This document shows, one piece after another, positions 27,621 through 41,337 of a DNA stretch of 64,000 nt; position 1 is the first letter of the stretch, and every line of letters starts with the position of its first letter. The notes beneath the pieces are model-generated. The model worked only from the letters and a program-made list of their open reading frames with translations, ran no database searches and had not been told where the DNA came from. Position numbers and translations under genes: made by a program. The stretch comes from Carcharhinus amblyrhynchos (Eukaryota): NCBI GenBank assembly GCA_965287045.1, contig OZ336887.1, positions 39,742,001 to 39,806,000 on the forward strand, written 5' to 3'.

Positions 27621-28699
27621 CTTTATAACTTACGGTAACTCATGCTTCGAATGTTTCTCCTGAAAAAAACTGTGGTTGGAATGAACAGCGGAGTTCAGAT
27701 AAATTGAGTGGTCCAAAATGTGTGGGTATCAGTGATACGTAGCTGATAGTTGTTAGCCATCCTTGAGAAGGCAGTGGCGTGTTACCTTCTGAGCCGTTAC
27801 AATCCATTGGGTGAAGGTATTCCCACAAAGCGGTTTGGCAAGAGGTTCCGGGACTCTGCGTCAACGATGTTGAAGGAGTGGCTGGTATATGTCCAAATTT
27901 GTACAGTGTGTGATTTGGGAGTCATTACAATAGTGACTGATTGCACTTCCAAAGTATTTAATTGCAACTAAAGCCCTTTTGAATGCCCTGAGGTGATGTA
28001 AATGCAAGTAAGTGCACTTGTTAAACAGGGCCATGAACACTTGATTGCAGTCCACACTGGACCATAAGCACAGCTATGCAAAAATATCAAGATCCCATGA
28101 GCAGCAGTGAGATAACCTTTCAGTTACCAGGGTTTTTATTTGGTTTGATAGGGGAATGTTAACCAAAGTGCTAAGAAGTCTCTGATTTTCTTTACATGTT
28201 GGTATTGGACCTTTAATACCCCTGTAGGGTACAAGATGGGACTAGGATTCACCCATTCCATCATCAGGCCTGGACCCTTCAATAATGTTGCATTCTCTCA
28301 AATCACTCTTAGATTAAGCGTTAAAGCCTGAAGTAGACTTGAACCCTTACCCCTCCAGTTCTGCACTGAGCGTCCAAGCAGAGTAGGGTGGCACCATGGT
28401 TACCACTGCTGCCTTGCAGCGTCAGGGATCCAGGGTTCGATCCCCAGTAACTTCATTGCAGTGTTAATCTAACCTGCTTGTGACTAATAAATAAATAATA
28501 ATAGTATGTGTATTAATATTGTTGACATGACACATTGCAGCCCTTATCATTTCCAGATTGATTAGGGCTTACAGCTGACTAAACTTCATGGAATTAGAAT
28601 TAAAAATACACTCGTAATGATGGTGTTATAATGTTAGTACCTACCAGATGGCAACATGAATAAAATGGTTACTATGGTAACACCATAGGTACATTAGTT

Positions 28700-29215
28700 T
28701 TACATAGAAAGCAGAAGTAGGTCATTCAGCCCTTTGAGTCTGCTCGGCCATTCATTTTGCTCATGGTTGATCATCAAATTCAATATCCTGATTTCCCCCC
28801 TTCCCTCTAAATCTCTTGATCCCTTTAGTCCCAAAAGCTATATCTAATTTCTTTTTGAAATCAACAATGTTTTGGCCTCAACTACTTTCAGTGGTAATGA
28901 ATTCCACACATTCACCACCCTCTGGGTGAAGAAATTTCTCCTCATCTCAGTTCTAAAAGATTTATCCCTAATCCTCAAATTACGACCCCTGGGTTTGGAC
29001 ATCCTCATCATTGGGAACATTCTTTCCAAATCTACCCTGTCTAATCTTATTAGAATTTTATAAGTTTCTATGAGATCCCCTCTCACTTTTCTAAACTCCA
29101 GTGAATATAGTCCTAACCGACTTAGTCTCGCTTCAGATGACAGACCCGTCATCACAGGAATCAGTCTAGTAAACCTTCACTATACTCCCCGTATAGCAAG
29201 GACATCCTTCTTCAC
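28700..29215 (-). mobile_element. CR1 LINE 3' fragment
   Basis: LSRLGLYSLEFRKVRGDLIETYKIL...RRNFFTQRVVNVWNSLP. Confidence 0.9.
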
Positions 29216-29809
29216 GATGCTGACAGCAATTTCTTAATGGACACTATTTGCACCATTCCTAGCCTTTATCATCACCATTTACATTCCCTTTCTCTTTTTC
29301 TCTTTGCCATCTGTATCATTTATAGCCCACTGCCACTCCACAACCCTTACAGTAGAAATCTTGGGTGGGACTCCCAAAACCGGAAAATCCTGTCCGAGGT
29401 CAACGGATCATTCCACGATCCACCCCCCCCTCGCTTGTAACGATTTCCATGATGGGGAAATTTGCCCCCCTGTCCGATTTTCCTTGTCTTCAGCTCTGAC
29501 AAAGGGTCATCCAGGCTCTCAAGGTGGGCTCTATTCTCCTTCCACAGATGCTGTCAGACCAGTTGAGATTTCCCAGCAATTTTCTGTTTCCGTTTCATCC
29601 GATCTTTACCTGACTGCTATTTCTGAGAGTGGATGGTGCTTAAATTGTCTTCCTATGTCACAACGTCGACTAAACTTCAAAGATGGCACCGTGGACTGGA
29701 TCCTGCAACGGTTAATGGTGCGACATGAACACAAGCCCTTTTCCCCCCGAAGTTGTTAATGGTTTGTAAAGAACTGGAAAAATCAGACAAAGTAACCTTT
29801 TTTTTAACA

Positions 29810-29815
29810 TTTATT
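29810..29815 (-). promoter_or_regulatory. Candidate distal CASKIN1 polyadenylation signal
   Basis: AATAAA on the minus strand (plus tttatt) followed by a U-rich downstream element, at the end of a ~1.3-kb TE-free, minus-strand U-rich block. Confidence 0.4.
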
Positions 29816-31207
29816 TAGAGTCAATGGCAGTAAATGCACTCAGTCAAGCACAACACTGCCACATGCCTGTCATGTTGGCTATGATACAGTCATTGGCAGA
29901 GTCTAACAGGACATACACATTTGGTGACCAAACACAGGAGGAGTTCCACTTGAAAACGTAAGTCCCTTTTTTTTCCCCCAAAAAAGATAAAAATAAACTG
30001 GCTTCCCAGAATACATTAAAGTGGACAACCTTCTCCCCTTCTGACTCTCTGTAAGATCGAAGTTGCTTCTTGTAGATGTAGCTGACAAGAAAATGGAATA
30101 TCCTCTTCGAACACCACAACACACCGAACAACATTAATCACTTTCAATAAAGCACAGAATAGCATGAAGCGTCAAGATGCATAGCTTTACATAATGAAAA
30201 TACGATACAGTTTCATAACTTAATAAAAATATAACAGTCGTACAATTTTTTTATGGGCTTTCTAAATTTTTTGTTTTTTTACAATTTACATCGGTTATTT
30301 TTTTTTATTTTTCAGGCTTTGAAGAAAGTTCCAAACTGTGACAAACACACTGGGGTCATTGGACACAATATCAGACGATTAATAGCTCAAATCCGAGAAT
30401 TACAATTGACACTTGATTTTGTTTTTCTTCAAATCACAGGCAGATAGATGCATTCGTCATAAATTCAGGCGTCAAAACCAGACTTTATACACTGTTTGTA
30501 CATTTGATATTACAACAGGCGTGTTCCTCTCCAACACACGTACAAGTGAATTTGAAAATGAAACTCAATGTCTCAAAGCAATCGGTCAAAAAGAAATCTT
30601 CAACTTAAAGAAGGCACATCATTGTTCATTTTTAGAAAAAAAATGCATACAATGCTTTTGCGTCGACATTGAAAACACCAAAAAAAAACACAAATTAAAA
30701 TGATAATCTAAAAACATCATTTATATATATCTTATTTAAAAATGGCATCAAAATAAAGTAGAATTTTACAGGAGTCTTCAGCTTGTGCTAGAGTAAATCA
30801 TCTTAATATATAATTTAATATAGAATCTTGGGTCAGTATAATCTCTTATCTGTGAACAGGATCATTGGCAAGTATTCTAAACATTTTCTCTTTCTCGCTA
30901 ACAGGGTGATGATGTGGGTTAGATTCCCTTGCAGGGGAATTCCACTGTTTTACTTTGTAACTACTGTCACTGCGATAATGGATTTCTACTCCTGCAATGA
31001 CCTAAGGCTGCCACAGGGAGGCAGAGGATGCACATCTGGAATTGCTTAACCCGGCTGAACTTCTAAGTTTTTGCAAACAGGCCCTACTTAACCAACATGG
31101 AATTAGAATGTGTGCAAACAAAAAAAAGCCCTTTGAGATCCTTGAGCGTAAAACCAAAACCAGGGAATTTTGAAATAAGTGTGTGCATAAAAGGCTCTGT
31201 TTGTTCA

Positions 31208-31485
31208 GGTGGCCCAGTGGTTAGCACTGCTGCACTCACAGCGCCGGGGACCTGGGTTCGATTCTGTCTGTGCGGAGTGTGCACGTTCTCCCCGCACCTG
31301 TGTGGGTTTCCTCCGGATGCTCCGGTTCCCCCCCCACCATAGTCTGAGAGAGGTGCATCAGCCTTGCTAAATTCTCCCTCCGTGTACCTGAACTGGTGCT
31401 GGAGTGTGGCGACTAGGGGATTTTTCACAGAAACTTCATTGCAGTGTTAATGTAAGCCTAGTTGTGACACTGATAAGATAAACTT
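31208..31485 (+). mobile_element. V-SINE, alternative-tail subfamily
   Basis: ggtggcccagtggttagcactgctg...gcctagttgtgacactgataa. Confidence 0.85.
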
Positions 31486-32789
31486 TAAAACCCTTCCAAA
31501 GGTGGAGACAGTAACAGAGAGCGTATGGTTCTGCTGTGCTGTTTGCATTCTTCATAGTGTCACCAATGAACCTCCTCTCAATGTGAAAACAGACTGGGTG
31601 ACATGTTAAGTACCGTGGGTGTATGGCAAAGAACGAGGAATAATTTGATTATTTGAGCTAATACAATGAAAGTGGTGTTAAACCTACGGACATGTCCAAT
31701 TGGGCCACACTGAGGGCATCCACACAAAACCAAGGCAATTGCGGAGGCTGGCTGCGTGAACGGGTGTGTTAAAATCTCTCCAGTATGCGACTGTGGTCGC
31801 CTAGAGCAGGGCATGGACCACCTAATGACTCAACACATCCCAGCGATACACTCAGCCACACAATGATCTAGCTTAACCACCCGAATGCAAAACTATAGCA
31901 GTCCATTTTAAAAACTTTATTTGCTCAGGGGATGTAGGCAACGCTGGCTGGGCCAGCATTTATTGTCCATTCCATTTCAAAGGGCATTTTTAAGAATTGA
32001 CCACATTGCTGCTGACCTGGAGGCCAGACCTCCACATCTACATCAGACAGAAGGAGGTGACTATATGACAAAGCATGTGTGGCAGCCATTTTTTAACTTG
32101 CCCTGTTGCAGACAAGGACAATGGAGCAAGTACCTTTCTATAGACAGGAATGAAAACCAGGATAGTGGGGAAGGAAGGTGGAGACGGATAGACTGTCTGC
32201 TTGTTCAGGTATCATATCTCTTTCTAGCAAGTCTTTTTTACGATGGTTTTCGGAGACAAGTGACTCCAACTAAAGGTACCTCACTAGAAAAACTTATAAT
32301 GTTGGCCTGACGGGATATTATGACACTCTGTAAAATGCTTCCAGGTACTTCAAGCACTGAAAGGTTTGAAACGAGAGGCTGTTGCTAAAAGCAAATAAAC
32401 AAAAAAAGCACCTTTCAGAAACAGGCCAACACACTTGGGATGATCCGATGAATTTAACTGGTGCACAATGTACATTGAGCACCGGACCCAAAGACAACAG
32501 AGCAATTAAATGTTCCTTTTTAATTTAATCCTTTTTTCTTTCCTGAGGGCAAATGGGGCCTGGGGGGGGTGGGGGGGTGGGGATTGTGGAGGTTGAGGGC
32601 TTTCCTCATCCACCCTTGGCAAACTAAAACTGTTTTGGCTTTGCCATTTCAGCTTCTCTGGTAGTGACTGAGTTTGCAAAGCTCTCTCCTGGTTTAAGCT
32701 ACTTGAGGTTAACCTGCCTTACTGTACTAGGATGGAAGGCCTCCATGAATCTCACTCAAGTTCAAGGGAAACAGCAACCTTTGACAGTC

Positions 32790-33800
32790 GTGGGGCAGAG
32801 TATGAAAGCAAGGAGGTAATGTTGGAGCCGGACAGAGTGTTGGTTAGGGCACAGCTGGAGTACAGTGTGCAGTTCTGGTCACCTCACTATTTTTTGATTT
32901 GATTTATTATTGTCCACATGTATTTGTATACAGTGAAAAGTATTGTTTATCGCAGGAAATACAGACAAAGCATACCATTCATAGAGAAGGAAAGAAGAGA
33001 ATGCAGGACGTAGTGTTCCAGTCAGAGCTAAGGTGTAGAGAAAGATCAACTTAATGCAAGGTAAGTCCATTCAAAAGTCTGACAGCAGCAGGGAAGAAGC
33101 TGTTCTTGAGTCAGTTGGTACGTGACCTCAGACTTCTGTATCTTTTTCCTGAAGGAAGCAGGTGGAAGAGAGAATGTCTGGGGTGCGTGGGGTCCTTGAT
33201 TATGCTGGCTGCTTTGCCAAGGCAGCGGGAATCGTAGACAGAGACAATGGATGGGAGGCTGCTTTGCGTGATGGACTGGGCTATATCGACAATATTCTGT
33301 GATCACAGGAGAGGGGGACACAGAGGAAGTTCACCAAGATGTTGCCTGGGGTGGAGCATTTAAATTATTAGGAGAGACTGGATAGGCTTGGATTGTTTTC
33401 TTTAGAGGAGAGAAGGCTGAGGAGGGGACATGATTGAAGTTATAAGATTTTGAGGGTATGGACAGAGTGAGTAGGGAGCGGCTGTTGCCCTTGTTTGAGG
33501 GGGTCAATCACGAGGGGGCACAGTTTTAGGGTGAGGGGTGGGAGACTCGGAGGGATGTTGAGAAAAAAAGAGTTTTTCCACACAGTGGGTGGTGGGAGTC
33601 TGGAATGCACAGCCTGGGAAGGTAGTGGAGGTCACAAACCTTACAACCTTTAAAAATATTTGAATGAGCACTTGAAATGTCATAACATTTAAGGATATGG
33701 GGTAAGTGCTGGAAAGTGGGATTAGTGTGACTTTAATGGTAGTTATTGTCAGTTCATACTCGACGGGCCAAAGGCTCTTTTCTTCACTGTATGACACCGA
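32790..33800. mobile_element. CR1 fragment (+) split by a nested LINE 3' fragment (-, 32895-33300, possibly Rex1/Babar-like)
   Basis: CR1 ctggagtacagtgtgcagttctggtcacc resumes at ~33305; the insert has an (aatca)n tail and aagaacagcttcttccctgctg on the minus strand. Confidence 0.75.
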
Positions 33801-33919
33801 GAGCAAGAGAGCTGAACAAACTTGTTCAGTGTACCTCAGAGACGCAATCAATGCCCCTCCATTCCTTAGCTAAAAAAAGTCAGTTTTTCCAATCTCACGC
33901 AAATGAAGTACTCTATCCT

Positions 33920-34430
33920 GACACTCCCAGTGCAGAACTGAGGGGGTGCTGCACTGTCGGAGGTGCGGTGTTCCAGGTAAGATGTTAAACTGAGGCCTCA
34001 CCTGCCTGCTTAGGTGGATGTTAAAGATCCAATGACACCCTTCAATATCTATCCCTCAATCCCATCAATAAACCCGATTCGCTGGTCATTTATCACCATG
34101 CAACATTCTCGGGGGGGGGGGGGGGGGGGGGGGGGGTGGGTTCTCTGGCCTCTAGTCAGTTATCCTGACACTGTCTTTCCGATGGGACGTTAAGCCACAG
34201 TTGTGAGATGCTATCTGCCCTCTCTCTCGTGAATATGAGACTCCACAGCACTATTTGTGAGGGGGGGTCTTCTCTCTGGTGACCTGATTAATACACCTCG
34301 CTCACCCAACTCCTAGAAGTAGATGATCTGGCAATTTATCTCATTTGTGGGAGCTTGCTGTGTACAAAGATGGCTGCCACACTTCCACCAGCGGCTATGT
34401 TTCAAAGAGATTTCAATGCTAGCGATGGGC
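33920..34430 (+). mobile_element. Deu-domain SINE (SacSINE1-like), rearranged, containing a G26 run
   Basis: ctgagggggtgctgcactgtcggaggtgc...ttaaactgaggcc...gtggatgttaaagatcc...tgtgggagcttgctgtg. Confidence 0.7.
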
Positions 34431-34437
34431 CTGAGAT

Positions 34438-34650
34438 AGAACATAGAACATAGAACACAACAGCACAAACAGGCCCTTTGGCCCACAAGTTGCGCCGATC
34501 ACATCAATACCTACCAATCCATAGACTTATCTATAACCCCCAATCCCATTAAATCCCATATACTCATCCAGAAGTCTTTTAAAAGACCCCAGCGAGTTCG
34601 CCTCCACCACCACTGACGGCAGCCGATTCCATTCACTCACCACCCTCTGA
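34438..34650 (-). mobile_element. CR1 3' end
   Basis: (catagaa)n tail; same subfamily as 57780-57985. Confidence 0.85.
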
Positions 34651-34856
34651 GATGGTGCAAGGCGCCACAGAAGTGTAAGCTCTATCTTTCTCCGCATGAT
34701 GCTGGTCTGCTGTGACAAAATTCACAGCCATTCAGAATTCAAGCCTCTCCTGCCACAGCCTGTACCTTCACAGCATTGGCCAGAATATTCTGGGTGAGCG
34801 AAAAATACTCAAGAGGATCAAATACAGGATTCATCAGTTTTTTAACTCATTAACTG

Positions 34857-35148
34857 TGGGTGGCGCAGTGGTTAAGCACTGCTGCCCTCACAGCGCCAGC
34901 AACCCGGGCTCGATCCCCGGCTTGGGTCACTACCTGTGCACATTCTCCCCGTGTCTGCGTGGGTTTCCTCTGGGTACTCCAGTTTGCTCCCACACTCTGA
35001 AAGGTGTGCTGGTTAGGTGCATTGGTCATGCTAAATTCTCCCTCAGTGTACCCGAACAGACATTGGTCAGAGTGTGGCAGCAAGGGGATTCTCACAGTAA
35101 CTTCATTGCAGTGTTAATGTCAGCCTACTTGTGACTAATAAATAAAAA
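34857..35148 (+). mobile_element. V-SINE, alternative-tail subfamily
   Basis: Full head, V domain and cttcattgcagtgttaatg..cctacttgtgactaataaa tail. Confidence 0.88.
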
Positions 35149-36094
35149 ACTTGACAAAACTATGTGGGGAAAATAAGAAACACTGATCTAAGTACAATGG
35201 ATTTCACTAATTCTTAGTGAATGGAAGTGACCACACTCTGAATGAATGAAGAACGATTAGCCTTGAATGAACAATTTCACTCAAACTATATCGACAGCTG
35301 TTGATTTCATTTAGTTCCACTCACAGCTTAATCCTCCTTTACTAATGATGTGGAAAAGCCCTTGACTGATGCTTTGTCAACCCTGTCACTGAAAATTAAT
35401 TTTCAATACCTTTGTTTCTCCCTCCTTAAAACAAATTGTCTTTACCTGTAAGGAGCTGGATTGAGAATATTACATTTCATATTCAGACGTTGGAATTTGT
35501 TTTAACTTCTCTCCCCCGCTCCACCTCAAACCCAACAACAAATCGTGCTCCAATAGAAACATAGAAGATCGGAGCAGGAGGAGGCCATTTGGCCCTTCGA
35601 GCCTGCTTCACCATTCATCACGATCATTGCTGATTGCCCAACTCAATAGCCTAGTCCTGCTTTCTCCCTATAACCCTTGATCCCCTTCGCCCCAAGTGCT
35701 ATTATCTAACTGCCTATCTATGTATTCAAGAGGCGGCAAGTTGTTACGCGTTTGAACGCTCCTGTTTTAGATTGTTGTACCTTGCTCTGTGATTTCCTTT
35801 TTTTCCCAAGGATCACTGGTCATGTCAGTCCTCTGGTGCCCATCCAACTGGTCATTCATCAGCTAGGAACTGGACAGTCAATGGTGGCCGTTTACTCCAT
35901 TAACTGTAACTGTGCCCTCAGATGTGCCAGATGGACACTTTCCAACAGCAGTCACTGGGCAGTGATCAGGAGCAGGGAATCTGTCTGGGTAGTCCTTTTT
36001 CCTGACCCTGCCTTGATCCCTGAGTCTGCTACACGTGACACTTGTCCACTAAACCATACAGTGGCTCATTTCCTCTATTAAACAGTCAATTTGA

Positions 36095-36710
36095 CAGCAC
36101 GGTGGCACAGTGGGTTAGCACTGCAGCCTCACTGTGCCAATGACCTGGGTTCAATTCCAGCCTTGGGGGACTTATCCATGTGGAGTTTGCACATTCTCCC
36201 TGTATCTATGTGGGTTTCTTCCGGGTGCTGCTCAGGTTTATTCCCACACTCCAAAAATGTGCAGGTTAGGTTGACTGGCTAGGCTAAATTGCTCTTAGTG
36301 TCCAAAGATGTGCAGGTTAGGTGGATTAGCCATGCTAAATTGCCCCTTCATGTCCAAAGATGTGCGGGTTAGGTGGATTGGCCATGCTAAATTGCCCCTT
36401 CGTGTCCAAAGATGTGTGAGTTAGATTTATTGGCCACGCTAAATTGCCCTTTAATGTCCAAAGATGTGTAGGTTAGATAGATTGGCCATGCTAAATTGTC
36501 CCTTAGTGCCCAAAGATGTGCGGGTTAGGTGGATGGCCATGATAAATTGCCTCTTAGAGTCCAAAGATGTGTAGAATGGGTGGATTAGGCATAGTAAATG
36601 GGATTATGGGGATAGGGGTAAAGAGGTGGGCCTGGGTGGGATGATCTTTCAGAGAATTGGCGCAGACTCGATGGGCTGAATGGCTTCCTCCTGCACTGTG
36701 GGGATTCTAA
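36095..36710 (+). mobile_element. V-SINE with internal ~52-bp tandem amplification (~6.7 copies, 36250-36600)
   Basis: Repeats of tccaaagatgtgcaggttaggtggattggccatgctaaattgccccttagtg. Confidence 0.9.
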
Positions 36711-37546
36711 TGGTAACTGTTCATTCCTCCTTAACCAGTTGAGTGTTTGCAAATTACTCTCCGTCCTTGACCAATCGAGTGTTGTTATATAGGCCTCGCA
36801 CCTCTCCCTAGCCCCTCAGGAGTCACCGCTGTCCGTTCTGACAAAAAGACATTGAGGCGAAGCTCAGTTCCTGGCTCTGCACAGGTGCCGAGCACTTACG
36901 GTGGTGTTCTGTTTTTAATCTCCCTAGCACCTCTGACTGACAGAATGACTAATACTATTCGACAGGAAGGAACGTAAAGCCAGGCCAGCCCAAATCCCAT
37001 TAGCCTCCGTGATTATCATTGCAACCGTTGTTGTTGGTGGTGGAGGGTGGAATTTAGTCTCACAATTAAACCATGTTCTTGTGCACAATTCCCATCATCT
37101 GCGATGAAAGTTTACAAACCTATGCTCATGCTTACAGTGTACATATACATCTCACATTAACACCTTTTTAAAAATTTTATTCTAAGAGTTTAAACACCCT
37201 CCGGCTTGCAAAATCTTGGATCTGTATAGTTACAATTCAACCTCGCATCACCTCTATCTGCTGCAGATCCCATATCGTTAGCCTTTTTTTTTTCTCTCTC
37301 TCATTGTTCTGGTTGAAAGATGGTCTAGATAAATTCAATCCAGCAGATCTTCATACAAGGAGATCCTGAGGTAATCTAATTGGTTTCTTTTTTTTTTCCC
37401 TTTCAAACCAAAGAATTAAAAACCAAATGTGTTCATGGAGGGGAAATTGTGTCCGAGACCGGTCTTGGATTGGATTGGATTCTAAAGATCACTGTGCCCA
37501 CTTTTTTTGAGTCCTGAGGTTTTCTTGCCGTTTCACTGTTTCTCTG

Positions 37547-37643
37547 TCACTCTAACATGGCGTCCAGCTGGTCAGCCAAGTCATCGAACATGCTGCCAAT
37601 GTCATCGAGAATACTACCTGTGCTCTTTGCTTCAGACGCAGCC
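37547..37643 (-). CDS. CASKIN1: CASKIN1 terminal coding exon
   Basis: ccgcag|G GCT GCG...TTA GAG TGA; [31 protein letters not shown], the conserved Caskin C-terminal motif. Confidence 0.95.
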
Positions 37644-38789
37644 CTGCGGAGAGAAAAGGCAAAACATTTCACCTACAATGAGCCATTGAGAAGAGGAAAG
37701 CCTGTTTTATCTGGACGCTTGAATCCTGGAGATGTAACCAAACACAGTTATTGAAGTTTAAAACCTGATAGTTTAAAATTTATTGATTCTTTGCTCTTTG
37801 ATTCGTGTCACAAGTAGGCTTATATTAACACCGCCATAAAGTTAGTGTGAAAATCCCCCCACCATTGACAGTAATTCCCCAAAGCTCTGAGATGTAGTCA
37901 CTAAATCATTTGTCCCTTTCTCGCTCTCTCTCTTGCTTTGCCTTCATAAGTTCATAAGAAATAGGAGCAGAATTAGGCCATTCGGCCCATTGAATCTGCT
38001 CCGCCATTCGATCATTGCTGATAAGCTCCTCATCCCCATTTTCCTGTGTGGACGGCTACCACAATAATCCAACAACAATAGTGGCAATACTGGGTTTAAA
38101 ATGGCTATTCTGGCTTGAGAGCTAAGCATGCTGGGAATTTTGGTCAATTTATAGATTAAAACCAGATGCAGGTAGCAAAGAGACTCTGGTCTGGGAGCTG
38201 TGATCTGAAGCTTCCTGTATTGGTCAGATCAGGGAAGTTGCTTACATTAACTGAGACAATGTGACTCTGATTTTTATAGCTGCTTTGTATGGAGTATGCA
38301 GTTTGAACCAAGTGTAATGACATTGTTCAAAAGTAATTTCACTGGATATTTGAGCCATGTGATCACTTTCTGGTGACACAGTTCGCTGGATGACAGAGAA
38401 TCTTCTGAAAACAAGTGGAGAATCATGAATAAAAGACATGTGAGTTCTTTGTTTGGTGGGGATAACTCCAAAAGAACAACCAAGGCAACAAGACCTTGTA
38501 CCCTGAAGGAGACTTCAGACAGAAGAAGATAAATTCTACAGCGAGGATATTTCTTGGCCAAGGATTTCCTAAACTCAATAGTATCTATTTTCAGTTGAAA
38601 AGTTAAAATTGATGTTCCATTAAAGTGCAGTTTAAGAATTAAAGTTCAGTTTGATGTTGAGTTAAAGTTCAGTAAAGAGTTAATGTTTGAGTCACATTTT
38701 ATGTTTCAGTTGGTAAAAAAAATTGACTTACAGTCTTTGTTTGTCTCATTAGACTGGAATGCATGAAAGGTGTTTAAATTGAAACTGTA

Positions 38790-39030
38790 TAACACCTGCC
38801 TTCTCCCCATAACCCTTTAACACATTATCAATTAAACATCTGTCTAACTCTTCCTTAAATTTACTCTCTGTTCCAGTACCCACCACACTCTGGGGTAGCA
38901 AATTCCACAGACTCACAACCTTTTGGGAGAAGTAGTTTCTCCCCAACTCTGTTTTAAACTTACTACCCCTTATCCTAATACTGTGGTCTCTCGTCCTAGA
39001 ATGCCCCACCATTCTAAACATCCTCTCCAC
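38790..39030 (-). mobile_element. CR1 fragment
   Basis: IRGSKFKTELGRNYFSQKVVSLWNLLP. Confidence 0.8.
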
Positions 39031-39759
39031 ATCCGCTCTTTAAGAAGCTCCTTAAAACTTACCTCTGAAGCCAAGCTTTTGATCATCTTTCTTGTGGCGC
39101 TATCAATTCAATCTAGCTCTCGGAGCGAAGGGATTTTGTAACCCTCCACCCACTCCCCCTCCCCATCCCTCAGACCCTTGATCTCGCTGGAAGGCCTATC
39201 ATTGGTGTGGGGAGCCTCTGCATGGTTTGCCCCAGTTAAAAAGCTTCATTCAAAGGTACTTCTGCCTAATGTAACTAATCGTGTGATGCTACAAAGCTAA
39301 CTGAGATTAATTCAGCCACATTTCAAAACTCAGTTCGGAATTCTGGGTTCAGCCTGGAAAATTGTCTACGTTTGAAAATGCAATGTCAAGCAGAAATGGT
39401 TCTTCCAATAAACAGGCTTTCTCATGAGGTAAACCGCAGTGTTCCATGGTCACAGATGCCAATTGTTTGTGTAGCTAGACACAGATTGTACCCAACTCCT
39501 TAAAAACATGGATGACCAAACCTATTGTTAATAATAAATATCTGTTCAGTTCTGATCAGTTGTATTGAATCCTGTACAAGCTTTTGGATCAAGTCTGTAT
39601 TGGCTCTCTCTCTCATCAGTAAATTAATATTTTTCGCTTTCTGTAAATGTTACTTTTAAATGATGTTCAATAAATTAACTGTTACTTCGGACTAGTTGTG
39701 CCTGCATCTATTCTGAGAACAGGCCCTACAGCTGGCCTGGTTAAGATGCCTCAGTGGGA

Positions 39760-40620
39760 CATTATTAAACTAGAATGAATGCAGAAAAGATTTATTAGGA
39801 TGCCACCGGGACTTAATGGTTTGAGTTATAAAGAGAGGCTGGATAGATTGGGACTTTTTTTTCTGGAGTGTAGGAGGCTGAGGGGTGATCTTATAGAGGT
39901 CTATAAAATAATGAGGGGCACAGATCAGCTAGTTAGTCAATATCTTCTCCCAAAGGTAGGGGATGCTGCAAGCCTTCCCGAAGAGAGGCGAGACAGGGCT
40001 CTAGTCAGCTTTCTGACTGGCGATTGAGAACCCCCATCGCCTCCACAAGATTCCGCTCCCTGAGGGAGAGCTCTGCATCCGTACCAACTCGTACTAAATC
40101 ATGTGCAGTCTGACGCTAAGATCCTGGCCAGAGTGTTTCCCTTACACAGGTGGAGAGAGAGAGAGAAAAAGACTGGATCGATTGGAATTCTTTTCTTTGG
40201 ATCAGAGGGGGCAGTGAGGAGTTTTAATTGAAGTGTATAAAATATGAGGGCCTATGTAGAGTGGATCCCTTGGTAGAGAGGTCAGTAACCTGGGAGCATA
40301 GATTTAGGGTTTGAGGGAGGAGATTTAGAGGGATTCAAAGGGAGGTCTTTTCACCCAGAGGATGGTGAGGATATGGAACTCAGTGTTAACTAGCAGAAAC
40401 CCTCATAACGTTTAAAAAACACTTGGATATGGATTTGAGATGTCCAAAGATGTGCAAGTTGGGTGGATTGGCCATACTAAATTGCCCCTTAAGTCAGGGG
40501 GACTAGCTAGGGTAAGCAGATGGGGTTATGGTGGTAGGGCTTAGGTGGAATTGTGGTTGGTGCAGAATCGATAGGCCTATTGGCCTCCTTCTGCACTGTA
40601 GGATTCTATAATTCTATGCC
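39760..40620 (+). mobile_element. Cluster of CR1 fragments and a partial V-SINE
   Basis: MQKRFIRM...LGLFFLECRRLRGDLIEVYKIM; tccaaagatgtgcaag...ggattctata. Confidence 0.8.
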
Positions 40621-41017
40621 TGAAGTGCTGGAAGCCACTAACTCAAAAGACGATGGGCTATGTGAGAGCTGGAAAGTAGAGTTATACTAGATGGCTACCT
40701 ATTGGCAGATGCAGACACGATAGGCCCAATAGCCTCTGAAAGGGTTAATAATCACAAAAGTTTAAGAATCACACTGGCTGCAAGTTGAGTCTCAATTACA
40801 CAGGAAAATCTATGTGCAATCACCAGGTCTTAATTAAAACAGACCCAGATAAGAGTCAAGGACCATTTAATTGAACAATGTGCAGCTGCAGCTCATGTTT
40901 GTGCATTAGAACAAGGAACAATGGAAAGGGAGGTTAATATACTATTGGTCAGAGATGGAGCTATCATTCTTGATGCTATAACATGCAGAAGTTGTAACTG
41001 GATACTATATCTATCTT

Positions 41018-41337
41018 GGATGGCACAGTGGTTAGCACTGCTGCTTCACAACTCCAGGGACTTGTGTTCGATTCCCGGCTTGGGTTACTGTCTGATTGGA
41101 GTTTGCACATTTCCTTCGTGCCTGCGTGGGTTTCCTCCGGGTGCTGTGGTTTCCTCCCACAGTCCAAAGATGTGTGGGTTAGGTTAATTGGCCATGCTAA
41201 AATTGTCCCTCAGTGTACTGAGATGTGGGGATTAGCGGGTGGGATATGGGGGTAGAGCCTGGGTGGATTGTGGTCAGTGCTGACTCGATGGGCCAAATGG
41301 CCTTTTTCTGCATTGAAGGGTTTCTATGATTTCTATG
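41018..41337 (+). mobile_element. V-SINE (HE1-like)
   Basis: tggcacagtggttagcactgctgcttcac...ttctatgatttctatg. Confidence 0.88.

Noticed and set aside
36250-36600. Regular repeat array resembling CRISPR
   Set aside because: Head-to-tail units with no unique spacers, SINE-derived, eukaryotic context, no cas genes
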